Shown: positions 20,997 through 32,257 of the stretch, in pieces
Layout of the letters: each line of letters starts with the position of its first letter
Position numbering within the stretch: the stretch's first letter is position 1
Source: Ghiorsea sp.
Lineage (GTDB): Bacteria > Pseudomonadota > Zetaproteobacteria > Mariprofundales > Mariprofundaceae
Length of the DNA stretch: 45,333 bases
Direction of reading: 5' to 3'
Assembly (NCBI GenBank): GCA_026982535.1
Contig: JALSGX010000216.1
Span: forward strand, 1 to 45,333
The notes under the pieces: generated by a model
The model's database searches: none
What the model was told of the DNA's origin: nothing
What the model saw: the letters and a program-made list of their open reading frames with translations, nothing else
Translations under genes and position numbers: made by a program

Positions 20997-23285
20997 ATGA
21001 GCACGCCAAACTCTTTCTCAGCCTTTGACCAAGCCGCATTGGACTACCACAGTCAACCCGTGCCTGGAAAAGTCAGCGTAAAACCCAGCAAACCCTGTAT
21101 AACCCAGCGAGATTTAGCACTTGCCTATTCACCTGGCGTTGCCATTCCTTGCCTAGAAATTGAAAAAGATGCCGCCAACGCTGATAAATACACATCTCGT
21201 GCCAACTTGGTTGGTGTCATTAGCAATGGTACAGCCGTACTTGGTCTGGGTAATATCGGGGCACTTGCCAGCAAACCTGTAATGGAGGGTAAAGGCATTC
21301 TCTTTAAGCGGTTTGCTGATATTGATGTGTTTGACATTGAGGTCAATGAATGCGACCCTATGACATTTGTCGAAACCGTCGCCCGCTTGGAGCCAACCTT
21401 TGGTGGCATCAATTTGGAAGACATCAAGGCTCCCGAGTGCTTTATCATTGAAGAAGAGCTGAAAAAGCGGGTCAATATACCTGTGTTGCATGATGATCAA
21501 CATGGTACTGCCGTGATTACAGCCGCCGCATTAATCAATGCACTCTTGCTACAAGATAAAAAAATTGAAGATGTTAAAATCGTATGCCTTGGCGCGGGTG
21601 CTGCTGGCTTTGCTTGTATGAAGCTGATTGAAGAGCTTGGCGCGCAGAAAAAGAACATGTACTTTCTCGATCGTAAAGGTGTTATTCATAACAATCGTGG
21701 GGACAACCTACCTTTCCATAAAGCTTATTTTGCCAATGGCACACAAGACACCAGCCTTGAAGAAGTTATGAAAGGTGCAGATGTCTTTCTCGGCTTGTCA
21801 CAAGGCAACATGGTCAGCCCTGAAATGCTCAAAAGCATGGCAGACAAACCCATTATTTTTGCCATGGCAAACCCAACCCCGGAAATCAACTATGATATTG
21901 CCATGGCAACACGCCCCGACTTGATTATGGCAACAGGTCGCTCTGACCATCCCAATCAAGTGAATAATGTCTTAGGTTTTCCATTCCTCTTTCGTGGCGC
22001 GCTGGATGTGCGAGCAACCACATTCAATGAAGACATGAAGATTGCCGCAGTCCATGCTTTAGCCAAGTTGGCACGCGAAGAAGTACCTGCTTCTGTTTTG
22101 AAAGTGTATGGCGAAAAAGAATTAAGGTTTGGCCCCCAGTATATTCTGCCCAAACCCTTTGATCCTCGCTTGATCGAAGTTGTACCTACAGCGGTAGCAA
22201 AAGCTGCCGTAGCGACTGGCGTTGCTAGGCAACCCATTTCAGACTTTAAGGCTTATGCGCAAGACCTTGCGGGTCGTATAGACCAATCACGCACTTTTAT
22301 GCGCTTGATTGCCGAAAAAGCAAAACAACAACCAGCACGACTTATTTTAACCGAAGGTGACGATCCAACAATCATACAAGCCGCAGCCATTATGGTCAGC
22401 GAAGGTCTTGCGAAACCTATGTTGCTGGGTAATATCAACACCATCACATCTCAAGCTGACCGCATGCGTATAAGCTTGAAAGATATTGAAGTGATTGATC
22501 CCCACCATGAAAACGCTCGCTTCTCCAGCCTTGCTGATGCCTTGTACTTTGACCGTAAGCGGCAGGGCGTGTTGCGCCATGAGGCTGTTAAGATTCTCAG
22601 GCATAACCGTAATATATTTGGCTCACTCTTGGTTCGCCAAGGATTTGCTGATGGTATGTTGACTGGACGCACCAAGCATTACCCAGACGCGCTTGGTCCA
22701 ATACTAAAAGTCCTTGGGCATGACGAGAAAACAGGCGCAAGACACCGTGTTTACGGCATGTACATACTCGTCATGGAAGAACATGCTTACTTCTTGGCAG
22801 ACTGCACAGTTAATGTGGATATGAGTGCGCAAGAATTGTCCGAGGTTGCGGTACTCACTGCTAAGGTCGCTGAGTCGTTGGGCTGGGAAGCCAAAGTTGC
22901 CATGCTATCTTTTTCTAATTTTGGTAGCTCACATCACCCAGAGTCATCTAAAGTTGCTGAAGCTGTAGCCATCTTGCACAACAATCATCCTACCTTACTC
23001 GTCGATGGTGAAATGCAAGCTGATACAGCTGTCAACCCAGACATTTTATCCCAGTACCCATTTTCCAAATTGCAAGATGGTGCCAATGTGCTCATCTTTC
23101 CAACCATGCAAGCAGGCAATATTGCCTACAAGCTGCTAAAAGAGCTGGGTGGAGCAACCGCCATTGGTCCAATTCTTATGGGGCTACCTCAGCCCGTTCA
23201 TGTTTTGCAAACAGGGGCAAGTGTTGATGATATTGTGAATATGGCTACCATTGCTTCAGTTGGGGCTGCAAACATCACAGCATAG
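20997..23285 (+). CDS. maeB: NADP-dependent malic enzyme with phosphotransacetylase-like C-terminal domain
   Basis: [60 protein letters not shown]. Confidence 0.96.
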   Translation: MSTPNSFSAFDQAALDYHSQPVPGKVSVKPSKPCITQRDLALAYSPGVAIPCLEIEKDAANADKYTSRANLVGVISNGTAVLGLGNIGALASKPVMEGKGILFKRFADIDVFDIEVNECDPMTFVETVARLEPTFGGINLEDIKAPECFIIEEELKKRVNIPVLHDDQHGTAVITAAALINALLLQDKKIEDVKIVCLGAGAAGFACMKLIEELGAQKKNMYFLDRKGVIHNNRGDNLPFHKAYFANGTQDTSLEEVMKGADVFLGLSQGNMVSPEMLKSMADKPIIFAMANPTPEINYDIAMATRPDLIMATGRSDHPNQVNNVLGFPFLFRGALDVRATTFNEDMKIAAVHALAKLAREEVPASVLKVYGEKELRFGPQYILPKPFDPRLIEVVPTAVAKAAVATGVARQPISDFKAYAQDLAGRIDQSRTFMRLIAEKAKQQPARLILTEGDDPTIIQAAAIMVSEGLAKPMLLGNINTITSQADRMRISLKDIEVIDPHHENARFSSLADALYFDRKRQGVLRHEAVKILRHNRNIFGSLLVRQGFADGMLTGRTKHYPDALGPILKVLGHDEKTGARHRVYGMYILVMEEHAYFLADCTVNVDMSAQELSEVAVLTAKVAESLGWEAKVAMLSFSNFGSSHHPESSKVAEAVAILHNNHPTLLVDGEMQADTAVNPDILSQYPFSKLQDGANVLIFPTMQAGNIAYKLLKELGGATAIGPILMGLPQPVHVLQTGASVDDIVNMATIASVGAANITA

Positions 23286-23293
23286 GGGGAAGT

Positions 23294-23980
23294 ATGCAGA
23301 GTATTCTTAAAGCAATACCACTATTCTCAGAATTAAATGACGATGAAATCGCATCTATTGAAAAACTGATTACCACACATGAAGTCAACAAACATACTGT
23401 CGTACTACATGAAGGTGAAGACGGAGGCTCTTTATTTATCATACTCGAAGGCTCAGTTAAAATATCATATTATGCTCCCGATGGTCGAGAAGTTGTGCTT
23501 GCAGTGTTAGAGCAAGGTGCCTTTTTTGGTGAAATGTCGCTATTGGACAAACAGCCCAGATCAGCGACAGTTAGCACCCTAACAAATACCAAACTGGCTC
23601 AAATTCGCCGAATTGACTTTGAACGCCTGTTACTCCAACAACCTACTGTCACACTCAAGCTTTTAGCCGAGACCGTATCGCGCCTGCGCCGAACCAGCCA
23701 ACTTTTGGAGCGTGTCAGCACTATGGATGTACCACACCGCTTATATTGCTATCTTAAAGATTTTGGGCACCGCTTCGGCAAAGATAGTCCTGATGGTATG
23801 AAAATCGTTAAACTACCTACCCACCAGATGATTGCCGATCAGCTTTCCACCAGCCGCGAAACCATTTCTCGTGCGGTAAGCTCCCTTAAAAAAGAAGGCA
23901 TTATCATCAAAACAGGTAACCCTGGCGAATCCAAACTGGATACCCAAGCTTTGGAAACGCTATTGCAGCCCCTTTATTAA
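23294..23980 (+). CDS. Crp/Fnr-family transcriptional regulator (cNMP-binding, CRP-like)
   Basis: FFGEMSLLD.QPRSATV cyclic-nucleotide pocket; HTH HQMIADQLSTSRETISRAV; no Fnr Cys cluster. Confidence 0.9.
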   Translation: MQSILKAIPLFSELNDDEIASIEKLITTHEVNKHTVVLHEGEDGGSLFIILEGSVKISYYAPDGREVVLAVLEQGAFFGEMSLLDKQPRSATVSTLTNTKLAQIRRIDFERLLLQQPTVTLKLLAETVSRLRRTSQLLERVSTMDVPHRLYCYLKDFGHRFGKDSPDGMKIVKLPTHQMIADQLSTSRETISRAVSSLKKEGIIIKTGNPGESKLDTQALETLLQPLY

Positions 23981-24058
23981 CGAGGAACATGGACACAACC
24001 AGCCCTGCTACCTATGCTTCTGCTTAAATATTAATTGAAATACCATTGGAGTGAACCC

Positions 24059-26572
24059 ATGGATGACAACAATCTAAACCCGGCAATTCCTGTCTTGATC
24101 GAAGATGAGATGAAAAGCTCATATCTTGATTATGCAATGAGCGTAATCATTGGGCGAGCGTTACCCGATGCCAGGGATGGCTTAAAGCCTGTTCATCGCC
24201 GCATTTTATATGCCATGCAAGACTTGGGCTCCACTGCTGATAAACCCTACAAAAAATCTGCGCGTATCGTCGGTGATGTGATTGGTAAATATCACCCTCA
24301 TGGTGATACAGCTGTTTATGATGCTATGGTTCGTATGGCGCAACCTTGGAGTATGCGTCATGTCTTGGTCGATGGGCAAGGCAACTTTGGTTCTGTCGAT
24401 GGCGATTCCCCTGCTGCCATGCGTTATACTGAATCACGCATGAGCAAACTATCTGCCGAGCTTTTAGCTGACCTTGATAAAGATACTGTTGATTTTGGCC
24501 CCAACTATGATGAATCCTTAACGGAACCCAAAGTGTTACCTGCCAAATTCCCTAACTTGCTTGTTAATGGATCACAAGGTATTGCAGTAGGTATGGCAAC
24601 CAATATTCCACCACATAATCTTGGTGAAAGCATTAACGCCATTATTGCGTTGACCAAAAACCCAGATATTGATGATGAAGAGCTCATGCAAATCATGCCT
24701 GGCCCTGATTTCCCAACAGCAGGCTTTATTTACGGGCGTAAAGGGATGCGAGACGCATTTGCCAGCGGCCGTGGCTCTATTACTATGCGAGCTAAAATTG
24801 TGATTGAGCGCAACGCACGCACCAAGCGCGAGTCATTGGTTGTTGTTGAGCTCCCCTATCAAGTCAATAAAGCAAAACTACATAAACATATTGCCGAATT
24901 AGCCAGAGACAAGAAAATTGAAGGCATTGCGGAAGTTCGTGATGAGTCCGACCGTGATGGTATGCGTTTGGTCATCGAATTAAAGCGTAATGAAGTACCT
25001 GAAGTCATCATCAATAATCTATACAAACAAACAGCGATGCAGTGCAATTTTAGTTGCAACTATTTGTCCTTACTTGATGGTCAACCCAAGCTTTGTGGTG
25101 TTCGTGAGCTTTTGCTTCACTTCTTGGATCATCGCCGCCAAGTGGTAACCCGCCGCTGCTTATTTGATTTGAAGAAAGCTGAAGCCAAGCTTCATATTTT
25201 AGAAGGCTTGCTCATTGCGTTGGATAATATTGATGCTGTTATCAAATTGATTCGTGCCAGCAAAACAGGCACTGAAGCCAAAGAAAATCTTTGCAGCACA
25301 TTCAACTTATCTGAAAAACAAGCCCAGGCTATCCTGGATATGCGCCTGCAACGCTTAACTGGACTTGAGTATGATAAAATTAAAGCCGATCATGACGAAA
25401 CACTACGACTGATTACTTACCTTAAAGAAGTATTGGCTGATGAAAAGCTGTTAATGAAGGTTATTGTTGAAGAGTTGGAGCAAGTGCGTGACAAGTATGC
25501 TACCCCTCGCCTGTCTAAAATTATCGATGAAACAGCAGAGCTATCGATTGAAGACCTGATTGCTGAAGAAGACATGGTGGTTACCATCTCCAACGAAGGT
25601 TATATCAAACGCAATGCAACCAGCCTATATCGTGCGCAACGCCGTGGCGGCAAAGGCAAAACAGCCATGACCACCAAAGATGAAGACTTTGTCCAACAGT
25701 TAATGGTCGCCTCAACCCATGACTTCTTACTATTTTTCTCCAATAAAGGTCGTGTATTCCGCAAAAAAGTATATGAAATTCCACAAGCAGGTCGTGCGGC
25801 CCGTGGCAAGGCCTTGATAAACTTATTGCCTGTTGAAAAGGACGAAAAAATATCAGCAACATTGGCTGTACGCGAGTTTGAAGAAAATAAATATATCGTA
25901 ATGGCAACCAGCAATGGTATTATCAAAAAAACACAACTTACTGAATATAAAAATATTCGTGCCAGTGGCATTATTGCTATCCGCTTGGACGAAGGTGATG
26001 ACTTAATGGCGGTAGCTATTTCTGATGGTGAACAAGACATTATGCTTGCTTCAAGCAATGGTAAGGCTATTCGCTTTAGTGAAAAAGATGTTCGTCCGCT
26101 CAGTCGGAGCACGCGTGGTGTGACTGGTATTCGCATGAGTCCTGGTAGTCGCGTCATTTCCATGGCCGTTGTTGCTGATAAGGCAACTCTGCTGGCTGTG
26201 TCAGAAAATGGATTTGGCAAACGCACAGCCATCAGTGAATACAACACTCAAAAGCGAGGTGGGCAAGGTGTGTTTACACTCAAAACTGGAGGCCGCAATG
26301 GTGATATGGTTGCCGCCCTTCAGGTGCTTGATGACGATCAAGTCATGCTAATAACAGATACAGGTCGCTTGGTACGCATCCGAATGGATAGTGTCTCTGT
26401 TATCGGGCGCAATACACAAGGAGTAACACTCATTGACTGTTCTGCCAAAGAGCGGGTTATTGGCGCAGTTCGTGTCGCTGAAAAACAAAATGTTCATGAT
26501 GATGGCATGATTGAAAACCATGCTGATACACACGAAGAAACCACAGAACCAAAAAGGGAAAGTCAAACATGA
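24059..26572 (+). CDS. gyrA: DNA gyrase subunit A
   Basis: [28 protein letters not shown] active Tyr, GyrA-box QRRGGKG; SD GGAG before ATG at 24059. Confidence 0.97.
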   Translation: MDDNNLNPAIPVLIEDEMKSSYLDYAMSVIIGRALPDARDGLKPVHRRILYAMQDLGSTADKPYKKSARIVGDVIGKYHPHGDTAVYDAMVRMAQPWSMRHVLVDGQGNFGSVDGDSPAAMRYTESRMSKLSAELLADLDKDTVDFGPNYDESLTEPKVLPAKFPNLLVNGSQGIAVGMATNIPPHNLGESINAIIALTKNPDIDDEELMQIMPGPDFPTAGFIYGRKGMRDAFASGRGSITMRAKIVIERNARTKRESLVVVELPYQVNKAKLHKHIAELARDKKIEGIAEVRDESDRDGMRLVIELKRNEVPEVIINNLYKQTAMQCNFSCNYLSLLDGQPKLCGVRELLLHFLDHRRQVVTRRCLFDLKKAEAKLHILEGLLIALDNIDAVIKLIRASKTGTEAKENLCSTFNLSEKQAQAILDMRLQRLTGLEYDKIKADHDETLRLITYLKEVLADEKLLMKVIVEELEQVRDKYATPRLSKIIDETAELSIEDLIAEEDMVVTISNEGYIKRNATSLYRAQRRGGKGKTAMTTKDEDFVQQLMVASTHDFLLFFSNKGRVFRKKVYEIPQAGRAARGKALINLLPVEKDEKISATLAVREFEENKYIVMATSNGIIKKTQLTEYKNIRASGIIAIRLDEGDDLMAVAISDGEQDIMLASSNGKAIRFSEKDVRPLSRSTRGVTGIRMSPGSRVISMAVVADKATLLAVSENGFGKRTAISEYNTQKRGGQGVFTLKTGGRNGDMVAALQVLDDDQVMLITDTGRLVRIRMDSVSVIGRNTQGVTLIDCSAKERVIGAVRVAEKQNVHDDGMIENHADTHEETTEPKRESQT

Positions 26573-27858
26573 TTGATCGCAAATCACTACGCAACAATGC
26601 AGCAATGCTGGAAGAAGCATTAAGTAAGCGTGGAACACATGTGATTTCAGAAGGTTCAGCATGGGCTAAAGCCATCATGTTAGATAAAGAGCAACGCCAG
26701 CTAAAAACCGCGTTTGAAAACCTTCAGGCAGAACGAAAAAGCGTATCCAAGCACATTGGGCTGAAAAAAAGCAAAGGTGAAGATGCTTCTGCTGAACTTC
26801 AGCGTATGGGTGAAGTGAGTAAAGAAGCCAAAATACTAGAGGCAAAAGCCAAAGAAGCAGAAGCCGCGTTTACTTTAGCTTTACTTGAAATCCCTAATAT
26901 TCCACATGCGTCTGTACCAAAGGGCGACAATGAGAATGACAATGAAGAAATTTGTCGATGGGGAACCCCCCGCACCGACAAAGTCCCTGCACATTGGGAT
27001 ATTGGTGAAGCCTTGGATATTCTCGACTTTGATACAGGTGTAAAGCTTGCAGGCAGCCGCTTTTCTGTTCTAAAAGGCTATGGCGCACGCTTAGAGCGTG
27101 CTTTAATGCAATTTATGCTCGATACCCATGCAGATAAACACGGTTATGAAGAAGTATGGGTTCCTGCTATTGCCAATCGCAAAACCATGACGGGAACAGG
27201 ACAGCTACCTAAATTTGAAGAAGATTTATATCACCTTGAAAGTGAAGACTTATTCCTTATACCTACGGCTGAAGTGCCTATAACCAATATGTATCAAGAC
27301 ACCATTCTTGAAGCCACACAGCTTCCCATTAAACACTGCGCATACACGCCATGCTTTCGCCGTGAAGCAGGAGCAGCAGGACGCGACACGCGAGGTATGA
27401 TTCGCCAACATCAGTTTGATAAGGTTGAGCTAGTACAATTCGTTCACCCCGAAAAAGCTTTAGAGGCTTTGCATGAACTCTTATCTCACGCCACAAGCAT
27501 CCTTGAAGCTCTAGAGCTTCCTTATCGCTTGGTTAATCTGTGCTCTGGTGACTTAGGCTTCTCCGCAGAAAAAACTTTTGATCTTGAGGTTTGGTTGCCC
27601 AGCCAAAAAACATACCGTGAAATCTCCTCTTGTTCATCCTTTGGACAGTTTCAAGGTAGGCGGGCAGGCATCCGTTTCCGTGATGACGCAGGAAAACCGC
27701 AAGCTGTTGCAACCATCAATGGCTCAGGTTTAGCAATCGGACGCACTTTGGTTGCAATCATGGAAAACTACTGGTGCGAAGATGACAGTGTATCCATACC
27801 CAAGGTCTTGCAGCCCTACATGGGTGGCTTAACTAAAATTAAGAAAGCATATCGATGA
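26569..27858 (+). CDS. serS: Serine--tRNA ligase
   Basis: N-terminal coiled arm; [48 protein letters not shown]. Confidence 0.98.
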   Translation: MIDRKSLRNNAAMLEEALSKRGTHVISEGSAWAKAIMLDKEQRQLKTAFENLQAERKSVSKHIGLKKSKGEDASAELQRMGEVSKEAKILEAKAKEAEAAFTLALLEIPNIPHASVPKGDNENDNEEICRWGTPRTDKVPAHWDIGEALDILDFDTGVKLAGSRFSVLKGYGARLERALMQFMLDTHADKHGYEEVWVPAIANRKTMTGTGQLPKFEEDLYHLESEDLFLIPTAEVPITNMYQDTILEATQLPIKHCAYTPCFRREAGAAGRDTRGMIRQHQFDKVELVQFVHPEKALEALHELLSHATSILEALELPYRLVNLCSGDLGFSAEKTFDLEVWLPSQKTYREISSCSSFGQFQGRRAGIRFRDDAGKPQAVATINGSGLAIGRTLVAIMENYWCEDDSVSIPKVLQPYMGGLTKIKKAYR

Positions 27859-28586
27859 AAGCAAACTATCTTTTAGCATACCTGCTTTTCTTCCTGCTAT
27901 CGGCTTGCGCAAAAAGCATGGATTTAAGCTTGTCAGACTCAGCAGAACATGACTATAAGATTGCAGAACGCCTTGTTGCGGAAGAAAAATATGCTCGCGC
28001 GGCGGAATACCTGGGGAACTTTATGAGCAAGCATCCATACAGTGCTTACACCACTCCTGCTGAGTTGTTGCGCATCAAAGCCGCGTACTTGAATGGTGAG
28101 TTCATCTTAAGTGAAACCTTATCCACTCGCTTTATTGACGCACACCCTGAACACCCTAAACGCGACTATGCTGAATACATTTTAGGTATGAGCTACTATC
28201 ACCAATCGGAAAGTGAGTTTCATGAGCAAGTGTTTTCAAACAAGGCACGAAATACATTTATTGCCCTAAACAAACGCAAGCCAAATCATGCATATGCCAA
28301 AGAAACAAAGAAGTATATTCGCCTACTCACCAATCGCATCGCAAAGCACGAGCTACTGATTGGTAAGTTCTATTTTGAACGGAAACTGTATGTCGGCGCT
28401 ATCAATCGCTTCATTGTTGTAAAAAATGACTTCCCTGATGCTGAGGTTGCAGCAGAATCTTTGTATTGGCTTGCTTCTGCATACTTGTCCCTTGCCCAGC
28501 GTACATATGCAAAAGAAGTGGTTACAACACTAAACCATCGTTTTCCCCATACAATATGGCAAAAGAAAGCAGCACAACTCCAATAA
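27855..28586 (+). CDS. bamD: Outer-membrane assembly lipoprotein BamD
   Basis: Lipobox LLSAC; TPR pattern HPYS.Y...A.L, RF...[18 protein letters not shown]......GAINRF. Confidence 0.88.
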   Translation: MKANYLLAYLLFFLLSACAKSMDLSLSDSAEHDYKIAERLVAEEKYARAAEYLGNFMSKHPYSAYTTPAELLRIKAAYLNGEFILSETLSTRFIDAHPEHPKRDYAEYILGMSYYHQSESEFHEQVFSNKARNTFIALNKRKPNHAYAKETKKYIRLLTNRIAKHELLIGKFYFERKLYVGAINRFIVVKNDFPDAEVAAESLYWLASAYLSLAQRTYAKEVVTTLNHRFPHTIWQKKAAQLQ

Positions 28587-28978
28587 TGATACGCCACATT
28601 GTTGTAACCCTTGTCATATTTCTAACCTCATGCACAGATCTGGACAAGCATGATATTGATACCCTGCTTGAACAGCGTAATGCGGTTATTAGCGCAAAAA
28701 ACACCCAAGCATATACAAAACTATTAACACATGAATACCTTACGCACCAAGGAAACCAAGACATTCGAGACATTCAACATGTTTTTGACACCTTTGATAA
28801 AGTTGAGATGCAAACACGAGACCGTATCATTCAAATCCTTGATGCAAACCGTGCCATTGTTGAACAAACTTATATCCTTAAGGTCTTTGCGAATGGTGAG
28901 TGGCGGAAAATAGTCAAACGCGAACAACTCATACTTCAGCGTGAAGACAAGCAATGGAAAATCAGTAATGGTTTGTAA
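28586..28978 (+). CDS. Hypothetical lipoprotein, NTF2/SnoaL-like fold suspected
   Basis: Start moved to ATG overlapping bamD stop (TAATG); lipobox FLTSC; C-terminal L.REDKQWKI.NGL typical of NTF2-like proteins. Confidence 0.6.
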   Translation: MIRHIVVTLVIFLTSCTDLDKHDIDTLLEQRNAVISAKNTQAYTKLLTHEYLTHQGNQDIRDIQHVFDTFDKVEMQTRDRIIQILDANRAIVEQTYILKVFANGEWRKIVKREQLILQREDKQWKISNGL

Positions 28979-28986
28979 TCACAGAT

Positions 28987-29063
28987 GCCCTCGTAGCTCA
29001 GATGGATAGAGCAACCGCCTCCTAAGCGGTAGGCCACAGGTTCGACTCCTGTCGAGGGCACCA
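28987..29063 (+). tRNA. tRNA-Arg, anticodon CCT
   Basis: Cloverleaf: acceptor GCCCTCG/CGAGGGC, D arm GCTC/GAGC, anticodon stem ACCGC/GCGGT with loop CT-CCT-AA, T arm ACAGG-TTCGACT-CCTGT, encoded CCA. Confidence 0.97.
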
Positions 29064-29138
29064 GTTACAAAGCGTATGTTTACATATCACCATCAATATG
29101 GATAAAAACACATTTTTGAAGCTTATGGGGGTTATACT

Positions 29139-30089
29139 TTGCCAAATCATTTTCCAACAATTCTTGATCTTATAGGAAATACACCATTGGTTCGGATTCA
29201 ACATCTAACCAAGCACTTACCAAATAATATTCATATTTTAGCCAAACTTGAGCGTTACAACCCTGGTGGTTCTGTAAAAGACCGCCCCGCCTTGTGGATG
29301 ATTAACGATGGTATCAAAACAGGGAAATTAACCAAAGACAAAATTATTTTTGACTCCACATCAGGCAACACGGGCATTGCGCTTGCCATGATTGGTGCAA
29401 CATTGGGATACAAAGTTTGCTTGGTTATGCCCGCAAATGTCTCAGAAGAGCGTAAACGCATGTGCAAAGCCTTTGGTGCAGAGTTGGTGTTTTCCGATCC
29501 TATGGAAGGTTCAGATGGTGCCATTGTGTTGGCACGCGAAATATATGAAGCAAATCCACACTTATACTTTAAGCCCGATCAATATAATAACCCAGCCAAT
29601 CCACAAGCCCATATTGAATCTACTGGTCCTGAAATTTGGCGAGATACTCAAGGAGAAGTTACCCACTTTGTCGCATCCATTGGTACATCAGGCACACTAA
29701 TGGGAACAGGGCAATACCTCAAAGCTCAAAACCATAACATACGGGTCATCGCATCTGAGCCCGACTCCCCTTTTCATGGTATTGAAGGCTTAAAGCACAT
29801 GGAATCCAGTATTGTTCCAGGTATTTATAGTCAACATGGCTTTGATATAAAGCTCGGCATCACAACCGAGGATGCATATGAATACACTCAACGCCTCGCA
29901 TCTGAGGAAGGCATTTTATGCGGACAATCATGTGGTTGTGCCCTTGCTGCAGCTATCCAAACCGCAGAACAACTAGCCCAGCAAAACAAAGGTGGTATGA
30001 TTGTTTGTATATTTCCTGACGGCGGTGAAAAATATTTAAGTACTGCCGTATTTGCTGATGGCACAGTTTTTCAGGGCGAAGGTATTTAA
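29139..30089 (+). CDS. cysM: PLP-dependent cysteine synthase (CysM-like)
   Basis: IGNTPLV, NPGGSVKDR (PLP Lys), STSGNTGIA, GTSGT, FPDGGEKYLST; TTG start. Confidence 0.85.
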   Translation: MPNHFPTILDLIGNTPLVRIQHLTKHLPNNIHILAKLERYNPGGSVKDRPALWMINDGIKTGKLTKDKIIFDSTSGNTGIALAMIGATLGYKVCLVMPANVSEERKRMCKAFGAELVFSDPMEGSDGAIVLAREIYEANPHLYFKPDQYNNPANPQAHIESTGPEIWRDTQGEVTHFVASIGTSGTLMGTGQYLKAQNHNIRVIASEPDSPFHGIEGLKHMESSIVPGIYSQHGFDIKLGITTEDAYEYTQRLASEEGILCGQSCGCALAAAIQTAEQLAQQNKGGMIVCIFPDGGEKYLSTAVFADGTVFQGEGI

Positions 30090-30094
30090 CAGCT

Positions 30095-30277
30095 TCACCC
30101 TTCTGACTTTTCATCTTGCTGTAATTGTTCAAGTAAGATTTCCTCGCGGTTCACTGCAACCTCACGCGGAGCTTGAATACCAAGACGAACTTTGCCGCCT
30201 TGCACTGCCAGCACTTTAATTTGTATCTCTTCACCAATGGTGATGGTCTCGCCTGACTTTCGTGTAAGAATTAACAT
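30095..30277 (-). CDS. csrA: Carbon storage regulator / RsmA family RNA-binding protein
   Basis: [37 protein letters not shown]; the family N-terminus places the start at 30277, not 30424. Confidence 0.93.
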   Translation of the reverse strand: MLILTRKSGETITIGEEIQIKVLAVQGGKVRLGIQAPREVAVNREEILLEQLQQDEKSEG

Positions 30278-30284
30278 ACTCGCT

Positions 30285-30313
30285 TTTATAGCAAGGATAA
30301 CGCCAAACTGCAA
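30285..30313 (-). promoter_or_regulatory. sigma-70-type promoter directly upstream of csrA ATG (predicts a leaderless mRNA)
   Basis: TTGCAG-N17-TATAAA with TGn extension, then only 7 nt to ATG; no clear SD. Confidence 0.55.
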
Positions 30314-30355
30314 ACCCCATATATGCTTTGATGCTTCCTGAATCGCCCGCCGGAA

Positions 30356-30386
30356 GACTTTTTTGGCTACATCATCCAAAAAAGTC
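30356..30386. repeat. Perfect 11-bp inverted repeat (hairpin) between lpxL-like gene and csrA
   Basis: gacttttttgg-ctacatcat-ccaaaaaagtc; no U-tract after it, so not a classical intrinsic terminator. Confidence 0.6.
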
Positions 30387-30404
30387 CGCTTGTGCGCACC
30401 TATC

Positions 30405-31325
30405 CTAAGGTGCGCCGTGAACAACTTGTGTCATTTTTTCATCGACTTCCACTGCTCGCCAGCGGCGGTGCATCCACAACCACTGCTCTGGGTTGCTTTT
30501 AATCACATCATCAAAGCTTTTGCACGCAGCCGTCATAATCAAAATCTCATTGGTCGCTTTATCATCTGTAAGCTCTGGGCAAGGCACATCCCAAAACTTC
30601 AGCCTAAAATTAAAGCCCTTATCTTGACGCACCAATGCCATGCCAAGCATAGGCACCCCTTTGGCAACAAAAGGCGCAGGCAGATGGGATGTGCTGGCGA
30701 TATGCCCTAAAAACGGCACTTTGATGCCATTGCCCGCACCCATATGTTGATCAAGCGCGGAAACAATACAATGATTATCTTTGAGTGCTTTAAGCAACCA
30801 ACGCACACCTGTATTACGAGGATAAAGCTGCGTACCAAAACGAGAACGAGCAGCCAAGGTATAAGCATCCAATGGCTTCTGATTAAGCCTGCGATAAATC
30901 ATGGATGTTTGGTATCCCAATATAGAAGGTAGCAAGCCCATCAACTCCCAGTTACTAAAATGCGAAGCAAGCAAGAACACACCTTTTTGCTGTGCCAGGG
31001 CACTGTGAAGCAGATCCTTGTTTTCAATCTCAACATGAGCCAATAAGTTCTCACGGCTTGCTGAAAATACATAAGGAATTTCCATCAGGGTACGACCCAT
31101 GTGCTTAAATGTTTTTTTCGCAATGGTCATGCGTTCTTTTTTGGGTCTTTCAGGAAAAACTCTTGCTAAATTACGCAGGGTCACTTCACGATGCCGCTTA
31201 TCTAGGGCATAATACAAAACACCTAGCCCATCACCAATCAAGTGCATCACTGGCATAGGCACCTTGGCAAGCGCACCAAACAAAGCGCGCGTCCACCACG
31301 GAGCTTTAACACTTTTATCACTCAT
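30405..31325 (-). CDS. lpxL: Lipid A late acyltransferase (LpxL/HtrB family)
   Basis: HFSNWE (HxxxxE) catalytic motif, [19 protein letters not shown]. Confidence 0.85.
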   Translation of the reverse strand: MSDKSVKAPWWTRALFGALAKVPMPVMHLIGDGLGVLYYALDKRHREVTLRNLARVFPERPKKERMTIAKKTFKHMGRTLMEIPYVFSASRENLLAHVEIENKDLLHSALAQQKGVFLLASHFSNWELMGLLPSILGYQTSMIYRRLNQKPLDAYTLAARSRFGTQLYPRNTGVRWLLKALKDNHCIVSALDQHMGAGNGIKVPFLGHIASTSHLPAPFVAKGVPMLGMALVRQDKGFNFRLKFWDVPCPELTDDKATNEILIMTAACKSFDDVIKSNPEQWLWMHRRWRAVEVDEKMTQVVHGAP

Positions 31326-31334
31326 GATACTGTT

Positions 31335-31502
31335 TTAAGAAATCGATCTCGCCTCATCAATCAACATCACAGGGATATCATCGCGGATAGGGTATTCAAG
31401 CTGGCAAGCCTCACACACCAAACCTGATTTATCCTGATTGTAGTTGACCTTTCCCTTACATTTCGGACAAACTAAAATTGCAAACAAATCTTTATCAATC
31501 AT
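31335..31502 (-). CDS. Trm112-family protein (YcaR-like)
   Basis: MIDKDLFAILVCPKCKG...LVCEACQLEYPIRDDIPVMLIDEAR; SD GGAG favours 31502. Confidence 0.9.
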   Translation of the reverse strand: MIDKDLFAILVCPKCKGKVNYNQDKSGLVCEACQLEYPIRDDIPVMLIDEARSIS

Positions 31503-31648
31503 TGCAACAACACTCCACTGTTTTATCTTCAACGCCCAAGCATACCCATGCTTTTTTATATTTCATTAAATTCACGATTGCAGCATAACAAAGCCTCCCT
31601 ATACTTGCGGCAGTTTTTATTAACCTTCAATATGATAAGGTGGCTCTC

Positions 31649-32257
31649 ATGTATGAATTCATAACGCAAGGTGGTACTGTCATGTACATCTTGATCGCAA
31701 CCTCCTTGCTTTCCCTCACCATTATCTTTGAGCGCTTTTGGAGTTTGCGCCAATCTGCTGTGATTCCTGCATCTGATATCGTGGCCATTGAGGGCGCGGT
31801 GCGTGAAGACAATGTGGAAAAAGCCTTGGAGCTATGCAAAAAAAACAATACCGCCATGAACCGTATCCTTTGGGTCGCGCTTAAAAATCGCGGTGTTAAG
31901 CGCGGCATTATGAAAGAAATCCTAGAAGAAGTGGGCAGGCAGGAAGTAGCACACCTAGAAAGGTTTGTTGGTATTTTGGCATTGATTGCTGCTATTGCTC
32001 CTCTACTCGGGCTTTTGGGTACAGTTATTGGCATGATTGAAGTATTCCAAGTCATTTCCGTGGAAGGTGTGGGCAAGGCGGATGTTCTTGCTGCGGGTAT
32101 TTCCAAAGCCTTAAATACCACGGCTGTCGGCATGTCTGTTGCCATTCCAACACTTGTCGCCTACCGCTTTTTTGAAGCCAAGGTAAATCAATATGTGATT
32201 GATATTGAACAGCACGCGCTGTATTTCGTGGACTTGCTTAAAGGCGAACGAGGGTGA
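31649..32257 (+). CDS. exbB: MotA/TolQ/ExbB proton channel protein
   Basis: QGG.VM..L, APLLGLLGTVIGMI..F, GIS.AL.TTA.G..VAIP. Confidence 0.88.
   Translation: MYEFITQGGTVMYILIATSLLSLTIIFERFWSLRQSAVIPASDIVAIEGAVREDNVEKALELCKKNNTAMNRILWVALKNRGVKRGIMKEILEEVGRQEVAHLERFVGILALIAAIAPLLGLLGTVIGMIEVFQVISVEGVGKADVLAAGISKALNTTAVGMSVAIPTLVAYRFFEAKVNQYVIDIEQHALYFVDLLKGERG

Noticed and set aside
25600-26247. 215-aa antisense ORF inside gyrA (likewise 11867-12346, 31627-32145, 34612-35076, 37385-37888 and other shadow ORFs)
   Set aside because: These lie fully opposite well-conserved genes, with Ser/Thr/Ile-rich antisense composition and no motifs; this is a typical codon-bias artefact.
24059-26572. parC rather than gyrA, or an acquired quinolone-resistance allele (HGDTAVYD)
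   Set aside because: The GyrA-box QRRGGKG is present, and Thr at the Ser83-equivalent position is a common natural state.
28466-28585. Longer N-terminus for the lipoprotein after bamD
   Set aside because: It overlaps bamD by 120 nt; the signal peptide and lipobox begin at the ATG overlapping the bamD stop.
28987-29138. tRNA-Arg(CCT) as an integration site for an island or prophage
   Set aside because: No integrase follows it and I saw no duplicated tRNA 3' end; the next gene is a housekeeping cysteine synthase, so the site looks empty.
30356-30386. Intrinsic terminator for lpxL
   Set aside because: The stem is AT-rich and has no following U-tract on either strand; kept only as an inverted repeat.
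30278-30424. 49-aa N-terminal extension of CsrA in the ORF track
   Set aside because: CsrA begins with MLILTR; the extension overlaps lpxL and spans a promoter and a hairpin.
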